The position numbers and the translations under genes were made by a program. The notes under the pieces are model-generated. The model searched no databases. It saw nothing but the letters and a program-made list of their open reading frames with translations, and was not told where the DNA came from. A stretch of 63,280 nucleotides of DNA, filler included, from Choristocarpus tenellus KU-1152 (lineage: Eukaryota; Protista; Phaeophyceae): NCBI GenBank assembly GCA_964200185.2. It is 10 parts of 10 records of this genome, joined end to end, with 100 filler letters (N's around TTAATTAATTAA, not from the genome) between each part and the next. Parts side by side here need not be neighbours in the genome. Positions count along the whole stretch, not along the records: positions 1 to 2,780 come from CAXNAD020024820.1; positions 2,881 to 10,288 come from CAXNAD020006199.1; positions 10,389 to 14,515 come from CAXNAD020016078.1; 7 more parts are not named here. The stretch is one strand, 5' to 3'. Positions 1-13,400 of the stretch are shown in pieces (positions within the stretch are counted from its first letter, which is position 1; each line of letters opens with the position of its first letter).

Positions 1-193
1 AGGTGTGTATGATGTTTTACCTACTTCAAAAGATTTCGGAGTTGGTAAAATGTATACGTTATGAAAAGGTGTGTCCAGAACAAGGATATTGACACTTCTT
101 AACAAATACGATTGTCAAAATTACATCGAAATCGCAACATTGGATATTGGCCCCCAAATCGACGCGACTCTACCCTCTAAGATACTTTCGCTC
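1..193. mobile_element. MITE family A copy, cut by window start
   Basis: Ends in CTACCCTCTAAGATACTTTCGCTC (to 193), the family-A TIR. Internal sequence aligns by eye to the copies at 42370, 43130, 43997 and 48589. Confidence 0.85.
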
Positions 194-1113
194 CTACAAA
201 AATAGTCTAGTAGATGGCATCAACTTCACTTCCTTTTCTGAACTCATCAAAAAGTCTTTTTGGAGAGGGGGATTGGTCGTTGCATATCAAGTCATACAAA
301 ACCACCACTCCAATAATAAGAATGTATATTACGTAGAATCGTCAGCCTAGTCCTCCTGCTGTTGGAAGTCAGACAAGTGTGTTTGAATTAATTATTCGCT
401 ACTATGCATTACCTTGTAAAATCTACCGCACGGACCTACAGCTCTACCTGTACAAGTTTCCATACATTAAAATATGTAACTGTTTGATGTACTACATTTA
501 CGGCAATGCCCTCGCCTGTGCAGACCAGGTCAGGGCAACCACGTGCTCCAGTATGTGCAGACTTGACGACACATTGTATATGTAGCCCTTCATACGTTTC
601 ACTGAATATTGTCAATGGTAAGAGAGAGAGAGATCAGTCATGCTGGTGTAATGTAGAGTGACGCTGAGAGGCTTTCTCCTCCCCTAAAGGGCTCTCGCTT
701 TCCTGTCTTGCCACTGCCATCTCCTGCTACCAGGACTCATCACCGAACGATTATTGGCTTGTAGTATTTCCCTCTGCCCACCAGTGAACGCCCTATAGGA
801 GCAGCAGAGGTCTGCGATACAGTCAACATCAACCTTAGGTCTCTGTGATTAGCGTTTGTTTGCTACTAGCTACAACTAAGCTATCATCGCAGACAAGGGC
901 TAATTTAACATCTTTACTCACACCTGGGGAACCTTGAAGCACGAAAAACAGACCACTTTTGCCGATCGATTTATTTACCTGTCTACCATGTAAAAAGTAA
1001 AATAAAGTACCGATATGCATGTATCAAGAGAGAGAGAGTAGAGGTATGCATTCTCCCAAATATTCAGTATCTTGTGGGGTAAGGCAGAGCAGCAGATGCG
1101 CTTAACAGCAGCC

Positions 1114-1969
1114 CTAGATTGAAAATGGTGCGTTGATGAAATGCAAAAGGCTGGAATAGAAGATTGACCTCTTGAATCTTGGGACACTGTCAGTGTTCAG
1201 CATAAATTCCACCTGTGAAAGAAACATGAAAACAATGTGAGGGCATCAGAAACAGGTAGTTTGCAGCTACCCATTAAAGCAAGGGGTTTGGATTGCTCCT
1301 CAAAAGTCTCCATTAGAGACAGCTGCACCAGTTACTGCCTAAGCGAAGCTTCTAATATTGTGTTGGGGACCTTGCTCTGGTGGTTGTACTCCAGGGTTAG
1401 GTTTAGGGTTAGGGTTATATCGCGCAATACCAAGGAACATATTTGACGGATCCCAATACTTGCTGAGGAAGGTGTTGAAGCTCTTTTCAGCATTAAAACG
1501 ACAAAGCCTTCAAATTAATTGGGAAGCAATGTAATTAGTTTATTAGTTTGAAGCATAAATAGCAGCTAAGCCCTTCAAACTGCAACAAGCCCAGACATGG
1601 ACAGATGGACTCGTCGAGGAACTTGCAAGAGACATGAGAAGACATGAGATGAGAAGAGATGAGATGAGAAGAGATGAGATGAGAAATCAAAGATGTTCTT
1701 CGCACCCGAACTGAAGCAATGCTGAGAGCAGGGAGCACATAACAAGCGGGCAGCATAAAATACAGATGACAACATACCGTGTCACAAATTACAAAGAGAG
1801 AGAGAGAGGCAGGAAGAAATATAGGGGTACTAATGGTGGTGCCTTGAGGTATCACCAGTACCAGCTAGCGAAATTTGTCCATCTACCTTGATCAAGTGAT
1901 ATGACAACTCACTTCTGATAACCAGGATTAACCAGGGGAAACTTACATAAATTTGTATGCTCCTATACC

Positions 1970-2008
<39 letters not shown>

Positions 2009-2698
2009 CTCATTAACTGCCCTTGAAAAAAGGCCCGCCGAGAATTCCTTCCTCAACATCTTCTCAGCAATAAAATCTCTGAGTGGAGTCAAAACCAAAA
2101 GCAGTTGCACAAGCAAAACAGTGCGATGAGATCAGACATGTGACAACAATTCAAGAACCGACCACCAGTCTGTGATTCTTGCTGGAGGTTTCTTAGGGAT
2201 CCATCTGTTTGCTGTGTTGAATTTTAGGCGTTTGTGCCTCTTGCATAACTGCGTAGAGCGTCCCATCGCTTGTTCTAGACTACATAATACTATAAAAAAA
2301 ATACTAGCCTGGTGCTGGTAAGGCCTGAATGACGCGGGGGTTTAATTTAAATCATATTTAGAGGGCAAATGCAACCTACAGCTTAGAAGTATTAGTATTC
2401 TGGTCGCTCTGTTGGTGGAAATGTGTCAGTCCGTTGAGCCCTTGTTGACTTTTAAATTATTAAATGCGACTACTACAGCTAGCTTTGTGCTAGTGCAGCA
2501 GAACCCCGTGCCTTTTTTTTTTTCCTGTGCCGATAAATGGGCAATAATACGTAAATCAATCAGCCTTTGCCCAGCAGGTTCCCACCTTGTGCAGCTGGAG
2601 AGGTTGACCTGTGCAGCACTCCCCACATCGATGTATTTTGCCGATACCTCTTGAGCAGCACACTCTATGTCCTTTTCCAGGACGGACTCACAACCGTT
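1114..2698 (-). CDS. RGS (regulator of G-protein signalling) domain protein, last three exons, 5' truncated by contig end
   Basis: Exons 2698-2586, 2078-2009 and 1212-1114 have GT-AG sites and splice in frame to ...AQEVSAKYIDVGSAAQVNLSSCTR/DFIAEKMLRKEFSAGLFSRAVNE/VEFMLNTDSVPRFKRSIFY...*. This matches the RGS C-terminal pattern YI..GS..QVNL...R...LF..A..EV..L..D..PRF..S..Y. Confidence 0.85.
1629..1686 (+). repeat. Degenerate (GAGAT/GAGAA)n pentamer microsatellite in RGS intron
   Basis: gagacatgagaagacatgagatgagaagagatgagatgagaagagatgagatgagaa. Confidence 0.8.
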
Positions 2699-2780
2699 CT
2701 GTTTGGGGGGGGGGGTTGCCCAAGGGGTACCAAGCAAAGTGGAAAGGGAACGAGAAAGGAAAGTAAGCAGGACAAAAAAA

Positions 2781-2880
2781 NNNNNNNNNNNNNNNNNNNN
2801 NNNNNNNNNNNNNNNNNNNNNNNNTTAATTAATTAANNNNNNNNNNNNNNNNNNNNNNNNNNNNNNNNNNNNNNNNNNNN
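2781..2880. other. Artificial contig linker (N44-TTAATTAATTAA-N44)
   Basis: Exactly 100 bp with a six-frame-stop 12-mer; the same linker occurs nine times. Confidence 0.98.
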
Positions 2881-3208
2881 GTGGGTAGCCAGCTCATCCA
2901 GGAAGCTTTCCGCTTGCTTGCCGAGGCGCCCCAAACTTTCCACCGCAAAGGTGTTGTTTATTACTACACTATACTATATACTATACTATCCTACAAGTTG
3001 TGTCCGATTGGTCAAAGGGTCGTAAGGTACTTCAAAGGCACACCCCAAATTACTACTTCCACCATAAAAATGCTACTATCAAATAGTGTTATTGTGAAGG
3101 TATACAAAATATTCGACATGTTGTGAAGACCGAATCTTGACTTTCCAAAGGGTGTTTTGTTTAGCCCACTGGGGTCCTACTTCATTAAACAAGAGTGTAT
3201 TTAGGGCA

Positions 3209-6200
3209 ATGTGGACAGGACAACAGGCGCAACAGCCTCAACAGCCTAACCACCAGCAGCAACAAGTACTGCACTATACGCAGGGCTATGAAGCTGGTCA
3301 TGAAAATCAGCAGCGGTATGGGCAACAAGGTAACCAGGGTGTAGTAGGGCATGTGGGGCAACCGGGGCAATATGGTCAGCAGGTGCAGCAGGGGCAATAT
3401 GTACAGCAGGCTAATGGGATGCAATCACAGCAGAGGGTCTTAGGAGGGCAAAGTCAGGGGGTGAACTACTCCTTCCAAAAGTGAGATTCGCAGCCTTTAG
3501 CAACCACAACTTTTGCTTCGTGTTGTAGGTTGCAGGGTGGTGACTGGGCTTGCTATGTCACTCCTGAACCCTGCACGAGAGTAAGTTTTCGGAATTTTCT
3601 GGTTCGGTTTGCATTTTATTGACTCCAAGATGTGGTTTGTTTTTGTCCTTGCGATTCCAGGTGAGACAGTGTCTCCTCGCAACCCTTCCATGGAGTTCTA
3701 CCGCATACTCTTACTTTTACCTTTGTGGCACACTAAGGTTGCTATGCGACCGTTTCGGTGACACAATGTATACGATCTATCTTCCTTCGTGCCCTTCCTC
3801 CGTTTTTGATGAATATTCTCGGGTGACACGATATGCCTTGTGGGGCTCTTCTTCGTTCTGAATAAATAATCACGTCCAGACAATTAAGCTTAGTCCACCA
3901 CTTAGTCGAGTAACCTTGTTGAATTAAGTTGTATATATACCATCGATCTCTTGCCTTTTACTCGCAACACACGAGCTTAGTATTATCTTCGTAAGGAAAC
4001 TGGACAATCAAGAGAGTCTCGGACGCCCTCTCGAGTATTGATGATGTACTAGTCCCTCGACTAATGCATCATGTCCACACAGGTGCCATGCTAATTATAC
4101 ACAACATTGTGTTTTAGCCCTCCTTTTAACCCGATAAAGCTCACCAATCCCTTCCTCTCCAGTGCAAACACCCTGGAAATGGCCGCATCGGCACCAATGA
4201 CCGACTCTGGTGTATTTGGTGCTGGTTTTGGAGGGGATAATGGGGTGGGAATTAACCCTGGTCTTGATGGCCTCGATGCATTTGCAAGCCAGGGTTTCAA
4301 GAAGGACACCCATCAGTCCATCCCCGCATCAAATGCTGGGGGTTCAGGGAGTGCGCGAGGCGTGCAGGGACAGATGCAAATATCCAACAGCTACGTGAAT
4401 GTGCCACTCAACCGTATACCTGTAAAATGTGAGAGTGCTGTTGTGTGTGTGAGAGAGGAAGGGGGGTCAAGGGTGGTGATGGCTGGTGATGGCTGGTGAT
4501 GGCTGGTGATGGTCGGGATGGCACCTGCTCATTAATTAGACAGTTCAAGGTTGTATTGGTGGAGTATATGGACTGATGGTAGGTACGTATAATTTGCCCT
4601 TCCTGTGGCATTTTGTCTAAGTCGACTTGTGACTCCTTGTTTTGCACCATCGTGCATGGTCCCTTCTGAACATGCAAACACTGTATGCTAGTTGCAGTTG
4701 ACGCTTTGGTTTTCGCAGTCTCTATGTGAAACTGCTGTCATTGAGGACAAACCCTCTGCCTTCTATTGTCACAGAGGGTGCTGCAATGTGAAGAATATTA
4801 TTAACATTTTTGCCTTAGTTATTAGGCAATACAGTACACAATCACTCATTACCCTTTTTGGCTATTGGTCAAAGTAAGCGAGAGGTAGCCAGAGTTGGAT
4901 TTTAACTATACTGACAAAATATGCACTATTTTGTAAAGTATACTCACAAAATATGTACTATTTTTTTTTACAAATGTGTGAGGGACATTTTGAATTCTGT
5001 TGAAGAGTTTCTAACAATGGAGAAGTCAATTCTCTCAGGCCCAACTTAGAACTTCACCCATAGAGATATCAGTGAATTGCAATAAATGAATAAAAAACTG
5101 ACTTGAAATGCAAAACCGCCAAAATCTGGGTACCTCTTGTTAACTTTGGCTCTGGGAAAAATATGCAATAGAGCATCCTATTTGGAACATCTTTTTTAAT
5201 GCCGTTGTTGTAACGCCATACCTCTGTGGAACACCCAATCCTCCCTGTAAACGTCTCCGCTGTGTTAGCCCCTGCACCAGCACCGATAGACCCTTTTGCT
5301 CCTCAAGGAGCCGCCATTGTGCAACCCATGCTGCAACCCATGAACACATACAGTACGTCCTCTGGTGGAGGCGGGACTGGCTATGGGGCTTCTGGACAGC
5401 AAGCCCAACAAGGGGTGATGGTGGTGAGGCAACCTGAGGGGTGGTTGGGGAAGGGGGGGGGGCTGTTGGGGCGGGATTGGGTGTGTTGACCTGGGTGTTG
5501 TGATTGGCTGTGTTTGTTGTTTGTGACTTCTGGGAGTTGTGGGTTCCTGAGGTGTTGGCCCCTGTTAGTTGGTGCTAGGTTCTGTGCTTGGCCAATCATG
5601 ATGGCATAGGGGTTTGAAATACCCTTTCCCAGACAAGTCTAGTGAAAATTGTTTGATTATTCTATCATCATTATTATTATTATTATTTTTATTTTTATTT
5701 TTATTTTTATACGTTTGTGTTAGGGTATGCAGGATAGAGCAACAAGTCTCTAGTCTCTAGTCTCTAGTGTCTAGTGTGGAAGATACGATCTGTTTTGGTC
5801 TAGGAACCTGAAAAAGGACATGTATGGGGAGGTGGGGTACATGAATAGCTTGGTGGGGGACTCTGGCAAGGGCTTTGGATGAGGTTTACTCGATTTGTTA
5901 TGGGCTGCTCATCGAAGGGGAGTTGTAGTGGTAGTAAGGCATGTGTGGCAGATGTGTCAGCCATGCTTGCCCATTCAATAGGTTTGCCAGTGTATGTGGT
6001 ATTTTGTAGTGTTTGTGCTCATCATGTGATACTCTTTTGGGTGCCCTGGTACATCCTCATTATGTAGTTCATTTTTTAAAAAGTGCTGAAATGTTTAGGG
6101 TACTTTGTGACGTTTTGCTGAATATTTTATATCTATATATAGGTTACATCAAGAGAATCGTGGATATGTACGGTTTCTTCAGGTGCTCCAGACCTTGTGC

Positions 6201-9200
6201 TGTTCTGAAAATCTCTTGTTAAAAAAAAAGAAAGTCATTGCGTTACGTATGACATATTAGATAGAGTTGATATTAGTTACATATGACACATTAGATAGAA
6301 GATAACAAGATAGAGAACAACAAACTTGCTGACGATGATGGTGAGATGTGCATTGTTTCTTACGCAATTTCATTGGTTACACCCTTACAAAGAAAAAAGG
6401 ATGGGTTAGGGTTAGGGTTTCGATTAGGAATGGTGGTTACGGTGTACAGTGTGTTGTTGTAAGTTAAGTACGCACGCCTTCCTTCCCATACTTGTCCCAT
6501 CAGTAATCAGAGGCCAACGCCAGGGTAGAAGAAAAACAATCTTGATGGTTCTTTTTCCTGTTGTGTGACAAGACTTAGAGAGGAGAGATTCATGTGGTGG
6601 TACGGACAGGGGTCTGCGAAGTGTTGATGTAAATGAGTACGTACTGGATAACTTGAGAGAGCTGGTTCCTGTGACGTAAATGTGTGAGGTGGGAATTTCT
6701 TGAGGAGATGCATGGCATACATGGGAGGAGAGTTCGTATCGGACAGGTTCAATCTGGGTTGGTTCATTGGGTGTTTGTTAAGGAAAATATAAATTTTGTT
6801 TTATTTTTCGGAATAGTTTTTATGTAATGCGCAGGGAAGTAAGTACGTAATTGATAGAGTTGGCTGTATGAAATATAAATAAATTATTGGTTATGTACCT
6901 TAAGTGGTATATCTATGTGAATATTGGCAGTGTACCTTAAAATGTCGTACAAATCTGCTGATATCTGGTTGGCGGGAATCTCTCGTTGGTCCTTGGAATC
7001 GTTGCACCTCTGATTTTTTGGGTATGTTTACTTCCCTGATATGATGTCATGCACCAGATGCCGCTTGAGAAGGAGAGACAGTGTATACCGATAACACATG
7101 AACAGACTGATAGATAGATAGTTGGTAGATGGGAAAACAATTGGTGAGAAACTATGATTTGTATGCGAGGGGTGGTTAATCAAAAACCTATCTATCATAG
7201 GGCTGTGTATTTCTGTATTTTTTTTTTTTTAGCATTTGTTGTTCTGCACCGAATCTTGAAAGAGTTAGGGTTAGGGTGAAAGAGTATGGTTAAAGAGTAT
7301 GGTGTAGGTGTACTCTATTATAGGTGTAGGATAGACACGACTCAGAATCCTATTTATTCTATTAGCGCGATAGGGTTAGGGTTAGGGTTAGTAAATAAAT
7401 CATTAATGTATTAATAGTATATGCTATTCATTGTGGGTTGCTCGGCTTGACTTTCCTTGGCCACGCTGGGGCCGTGTGTGACATTTGTCTCATCTTATTG
7501 GACTGGTTGTGTGTAGATTGTTTTGTGACAAAGACTGGTCCATGACTGTCAACTGCTTCAGTATGATGTATGATGTAGTATGATGTAATATGATGTAGGC
7601 CAACCGTGGTGTTCCAATATCTCTATATTTATTCTAAGAGGGTCGGTCCATTGCCATTGACTATTCATGTGGAGATTTACAGGGTTAGGGTTGGGGTTAG
7701 GGTTGTGGCAATGGCCCAGATGCCAACCATGTTAGTATGGAGAGACGTAGTAACAATCAAGATTAGAGATTTTAAAAAGATTTAAAAAACTTCTGGAATA
7801 CTTTGAGTTACAGAAACACAATGTGGTTGGAAATGTGAAATGTGGGGACAAGCCAGGTGTAATGCAGTTGGTTTGAGATCGTAACTCTTGACCTGGAGTG
7901 AGCGATCAGCTGTGATGGTGTTGATGGTATTGATGGTTTGATCATTCCATCATGGTTGGACTTTGTAAGGGCAAAGAAAATTTTGTGAGACAGTGGCATG
8001 AAGTGTAGTAATGTCTGAACCTATTCCAGCATAGGCAGCATAGACAGATTTTATTCTTGTTTTTTTCCCCCATAGGTGGTGACTAAAGGACTAAAGCAGT
8101 CAATGTCATTGATAAATTTGAATTTAAGATTCTGCTCTTGTAATAATAAAACATAAATGTGGTGATTGGAAGGATGTTGCAATGATGTGAGTGATTTTAT
8201 CACTGTGGCATAGTGTATTGTTGACAATATTGTTGACAACATGTGTGAAGTCACAAGAGATTGAACATGTGTGAAAAGCAATGTTGCTCTTCACTGGGGC
8301 TGCGAATGACATTTCAGGTTTATTTTTTAGTTTAGTTTGTTTAATTGAGTGTGAAGTATGAAGAACATTATTTAGGGTTAGGGTTTGGTTTGGTTTTTTT
8401 TTTTAGTGTTACGATTAGGTTTAGGGTGTGTGGAAAGTAATGTTTTCATAATTGTCAAGCCTCTTTATCTATTTTTTTGTTGCCGTTTCTATTGGTTGGT
8501 TCTATTCTAATGTGGTTGATTATATTCTAATTGATTGTCTGAAAATATACTCACTACCAATCCAAACGGCAAGGGAATGTCATAAGTGTGATAAGTGCAA
8601 GGTCAGTAGAATCATAGGTGACAAACCCCTCATCAGTCTAGCAATAAAATGAAATGTTATATATTACATAAAATATAAATAAATTAAATATTATATATCA
8701 CAATGCACTAGATAGACTTCATTGAAAAATGCATCTATTAAATATGTTGAAACTTCAGGTGAAATTTTTGGTGCAGCTTCAGATCCGACTTGTTTCTTTC
8801 AAGTACACAGTCAAGTACACAGTCAAGTACACAGTAGCATTTTCAAACAAACTTTCAAGCAGCATTTTCAAACAAATTTTCAAAAAACATTTTGAGCGTG
8901 GATGTGTCGACAGCTCTAGTTCAACATCCTCACCAAGTTCGAGTGAGTGGAGAAATATCCCATAATCAGATTTGGCTGTATGAATATCACATTTGGGAAC
9001 GATTTTGAACATTTTAGTTGTTGAAATACTGAAATTGCTGATTCAATTCCATGGTGACAATCAGTGCATTTTGGTTAAAATATCACAGATGTTTTTACAT
9101 GTACCACTATTACTATTATTGTTATTATTATTACTATCACTATTATTACTATTATTATTGTTACTGTTACTACTATATTTTTTGTTATTATTTTCAACAC

Positions 9201-10112
9201 TGTGCCCTTCCCCTTCCGGTTCTAATTGTAAGGGTTATGGTTAGGGTTAGGGCTAGATGTAAGATGTAAGATGTTGCTGTTGAATGTTCTGGAATGTTTC
9301 TCTTGTTTGGTGTGCGTGTGCGTGTGTGCCTGTATGTTCTTGGTCAGACGACACAGCAGGGGGCAATGTTGGGCATGGGCCAGTCAACACTTGGGGGTTA
9401 CGGTGGGCAGCAGCAGGCAATCAACTCTTCAATGGTTCCCTACAGTGAGTCACTAAATAAAATGCTCTCTATGGTTGTGTTGTTTATAGTGTTTTAGTGC
9501 ACTGTTGTGAGAATTGTTTTTTTTTTCTAATTTTTTTGTGTTTCAGTTGAAAGAGAGCATAGAGTGTGTGTTGGATTGTGATGCTTAATTTATTTACTAT
9601 TTTTATTGAAATAATTTATTTAATATTTTATTGAATTAATTTATTTACTATTTTTAATGAATTAATTTATTTACTATTTTATTGAATTAATTTATTTACT
9701 AGTTTTATTGAAATGATTTATTTACTAGTTTTATTGAAATGATTTATTTACTAGTTTTATTGAATTCATTTTTTAATCGATGTGTTTTTTATTTTATTTT
9801 TCCAGTGGGATTTTTTTGAACATAGACATGCAGACACTTAACACATAGACATACGTACAAATTCAAAAACATAACCTTGATCCTACTCTGTTCAACATTA
9901 AAAAAAAAAGAATAAATAGCTATATATATATATATATATGTGCATTAATATGCGGCTCAAGCCTCACCCAATCATATCTTTGCAAATACTATGGACTCCG
10001 GAACTGGCTCTAACTTCTTCAGATCCCTCACAGTCACAGCAGCAACAGCACCCACAAGGAGGGTTGTTGATTCAGCAGGGGGGGGGGCAGTCCCAGGCAT
10101 TGGTGCCTTACT
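3209..10112 (+). CDS. Q/G/P-rich low-complexity protein with NPF and DPF motifs (partial; possible endocytic adaptor)
   Basis: Phase-compatible exons 3209-3480, 4118-4428, 5269-5423, 9348-9444 and 10023-10112 with GT-AG sites. Translation: MWTGQQAQQPQQ...; ...LTNPFLSS...; ...APIDPFAPQG...; TTQQGAMLGMGQ...; NPSQSQQQQHPQGG.... The gene runs off the contig, and the first exon may be internal. Confidence 0.7.
4476..4513 (+). repeat. (GTGATGGCTG)n 10-bp tandem repeat, about 3.5 copies
   Basis: gtgatggctg gtgatggctg gtgatggctg gtgatggtc. Confidence 0.85.
8799..8834 (+). repeat. 12-bp tandem repeat TCAAGTACACAG x3
   Basis: Directly visible; produces the spurious KYTV repeat in the ORF track. Confidence 0.9.
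9108..9190 (+). repeat. Imperfect (TAT/TAC/TGT)n trinucleotide microsatellite
   Basis: Directly visible; produces the spurious poly-L and poly-Y ORFs. Confidence 0.9.
9585..9768 (+). repeat. AT-rich ~26-bp minisatellite (AATTTATTTACTA[T/G]TTTTATTGAA[A/T]T), about 7 copies, intronic
   Basis: Successive near-identical units visible across 9585-9768. Confidence 0.9.
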
Positions 10113-10288
10113 GTGAGTGTGTGAACGATGTGTTTGGGTGTTTTATGATATCACTTGACTGACTGACTGGCGTATGAGCATACAACAAACTTCCCTCCCC
10201 GCCCCCCCCTTTCCCCCCCAATAAAAAAAGTAAAAAAATGCAGTTCTGTTTTTGTTGAATACAAAAATTGCATTACTTCTTTTTTTTT

Positions 10289-10388
10289 NNNNNNNNNNNN
10301 NNNNNNNNNNNNNNNNNNNNNNNNNNNNNNNNTTAATTAATTAANNNNNNNNNNNNNNNNNNNNNNNNNNNNNNNNNNNNNNNNNNNN
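10289..10388. other. Artificial contig linker
   Basis: N44-TTAATTAATTAA-N44. Confidence 0.98.
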
Positions 10389-10408
10389 CCGCCTACACTG
10401 TCACACAG

Positions 10409-13400
10409 GTGCTGTCGCCTAGACTTGGCATCGCCACCCCAAGCGGGATCACCAAAGACGACATGATGAAGTTGATCACCAAAAAATATGCGGAGCTGAG
10501 GGCGGACAATCTCATGACGGATGATTTGATTATCGCTAAATGCATGGTGGGAGAGTCCGCTCCCAACCTCAGGAGGAACAGGACCAAGGATAATGACGAC
10601 GAAGACGCCACAGGGCAAACGGACAAACACAGTCGGAGGCGAAAGGTGAGAGCGACATTTTCATTCCAATAATAGTTACGCTGTGCATTGCATATATATG
10701 TCTCACATACGGCGTATTCGTCAAACAACAAGCACATACTCCCTCACACAACACCGTACATAATCGGTTACACCAGGTTACTCGCCCCGAATCACCATGA
10801 CCTACGACCACCAGCAACAACTCCCGATACGCGACCAACTCGCCCATTCCATGCAGGTGCTGTTCCCAAGGACGGAGGGATTCTCCACACTCCTAAAAGA
10901 CATATTTGCAAACTTCGAGAAAAGCTTCTTCCTTCATCACAACACCACCATTTGGCAGGCGCAACAATACAAGCACTGCAAAGCCCGCCTCCCCAAAGGA
11001 CATGCCACCATGTCCATGGACTTCAGTGCCCACCTGCAACACAACCACCAGGACTTGACACAACACGAGTTCTTCAACCTATTCCTTACGGTGCTTCTGA
11101 CCATTGTCTGGTGGTTGACGGATTTCAGAGAAGAGGGAAATCTCAGGAATGGAAGGGTTTGGGCTCACAGTATGACGGTGTGCAGTGAAGACCGAAGCCA
11201 GGACAACGAGTTCGTCCAGAACGCCGTGGAGATGCTTGTGAAGGACCGCCTAATACCTCTAGCCAGTGAGTACGGTCAGACTCTAGAGGTCCTGCCCATC
11301 TGGTCTGACGGCTGCGGGAGCCAATTCAAGAACAGATGGCAGATGTGGTGGGTTTCACAGTCTTTAGCGCGGATTGGAATTTCCGTGGTACAAAACTTCT
11401 TTGCCTCGTGTCACGGGAAGTCCTTATCTGAAGGAGTCGGGGCTGTGGTGAAGTCTGCCGCCAGGAGACTGGAACTATACAGAGGGCGCATGCCGGGAAC
11501 CTCATCTCTAGTGAATACTATCAAGGCAACCAAAACTCAATACACCTTGAGGGATCCGACACCAGAGGAAGAGGGGCACTATTGCAAAGGTCACAAGGTT
11601 CCTCCCGGGCAGACAATCGTCGCAAAGCTAGGCACACTCCACATGACGACCCTCCCCCTCTCCACCCAAAAATTCTGCCTCTATTTGCCACTGACGGCGA
11701 CAACCCCGACACGCACGCCCTTCATCCACGTATATAACAAACACCACCACAACATATATATATCGTTGTAAATTATGCCACACCCGCTCACTCCCTTCAC
11801 GTCGACACAATGCGTCGGTTGAAGATAACATATAATACGCACTTATGAAAATACTGCATAGATTGTCCATACACACCTGCAACCATCACCACCTTTTCTA
11901 ATAGGTGATGCCAATCGGTAAACTCACGCAAACATAGCATAATCTTTTCCTCTTTTCTTCACAGCGCCAACGCCAACAATATACCCTTCGCTTACAAGAG
12001 GAAGACATATACCACATCCACACCTTCCCTCGCGTTGACACCATAGATCACATGATAAATACACACACACACATTTATTCACCAACCGCACATCGTCCGT
12101 GCCCACTTGCATCCACCGACCTTGATTTTGAATGAGTCTGCCAATGGGTAAACCAAAAATAAACCCCATGTTGTTCTTCCTTTAACGTTACAATATCGGC
12201 CACATATACTCTATACGCTATATGGATAGACACCATCTCACGTGTACGATTTTCCTCAATCACAACACTTGACGACTGTTTGCAACTCGCGACACTCTAC
12301 ACCCACGAGTCCCTTACTAACACATATATTCCACCAAGGCAACAACAGATTTGGTCCACACCTTATGTCACATCCGTACCTTCCCTTCATATGCCCACAA
12401 CACAAGTCACACACAGTACGATCGCTCATAGCATGGTCGTCAAGCGATGACTGCAAGTCCATGCGGTCTTGCAGTCATTACACTCTATTTCTCGTTAGTC
12501 CGCCAGTCGGAAAAAAGTAACCAAATTGAACTCCAGGTTTCGGGTTTCATCGCACACTCCCATCCGTCCCTACCAAACTATTCTTACTGCAATAGAGGTA
12601 TCACTTATCAATACAAAGGAAATATGCAATCACATAGGAACGGTCACACAACACAGTGCCTCGGTGCCGATGCTAACTCCATCACTAACCGTCCCTCCCC
12701 TCATACGCTGAATGACCAATACCCTTAGGATTGGACGGACAGGGATGGCAGACACCACAGTAACACATAAGCAAAACTTCTACATATCGACACGTTCCGC
12801 ACACATGAGATAGTCCACCTTCCGTCTTACAAGATTGACCGTGTGGGACGACACGACCCAAGTGTCCCGAACCTCTGTGGAATCAAGTCCATGCACAGTT
12901 TCTTCACTAGTCAACTCACACCCGGTGGCTCCAGTACACTGGTATACACCGAACTGTCCTGCTACTGCACAAACTGTTCCATCGGCAACCTCGCCCAATG
13001 CAGGTGGCAATCAATCCACGTGCCCCCACTCAAGCAAATAGACCTCGGATTCTCCACCGAAGCGGGAACAGGTGAAATGTATATGAGAAGTGAGCTGTCC
13101 AGGAAGAAGAGACAGCTCACTGAGGGGAACATATGCATTGTGCGGACGCAGCCATCGGAATATAATGGTATAGAGTTCTTGCCGTTCACTGTCCACCTTA
13201 AGGACACGATTCGATGGAACGCCAGACACCACTCCAGCTACGGAGGGATGTTCAGTGCTCGAGATGAGATCGTCTTTGTCACTGAAGATTTCGACGTGCT
13301 GAATGCCAGCTTCGTTGATGGCGTGCCAACTATCCACATGTCACGGACGAACAAGGTGGGTAACGATGTTATTGCTTCCAACTCAAGACAATGCCCCACA

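Noticed and set aside
8993-9269. Poly-Leu and poly-Tyr/Cys ORFs
   Set aside because: Translations of a (TAT)n microsatellite in an intron.
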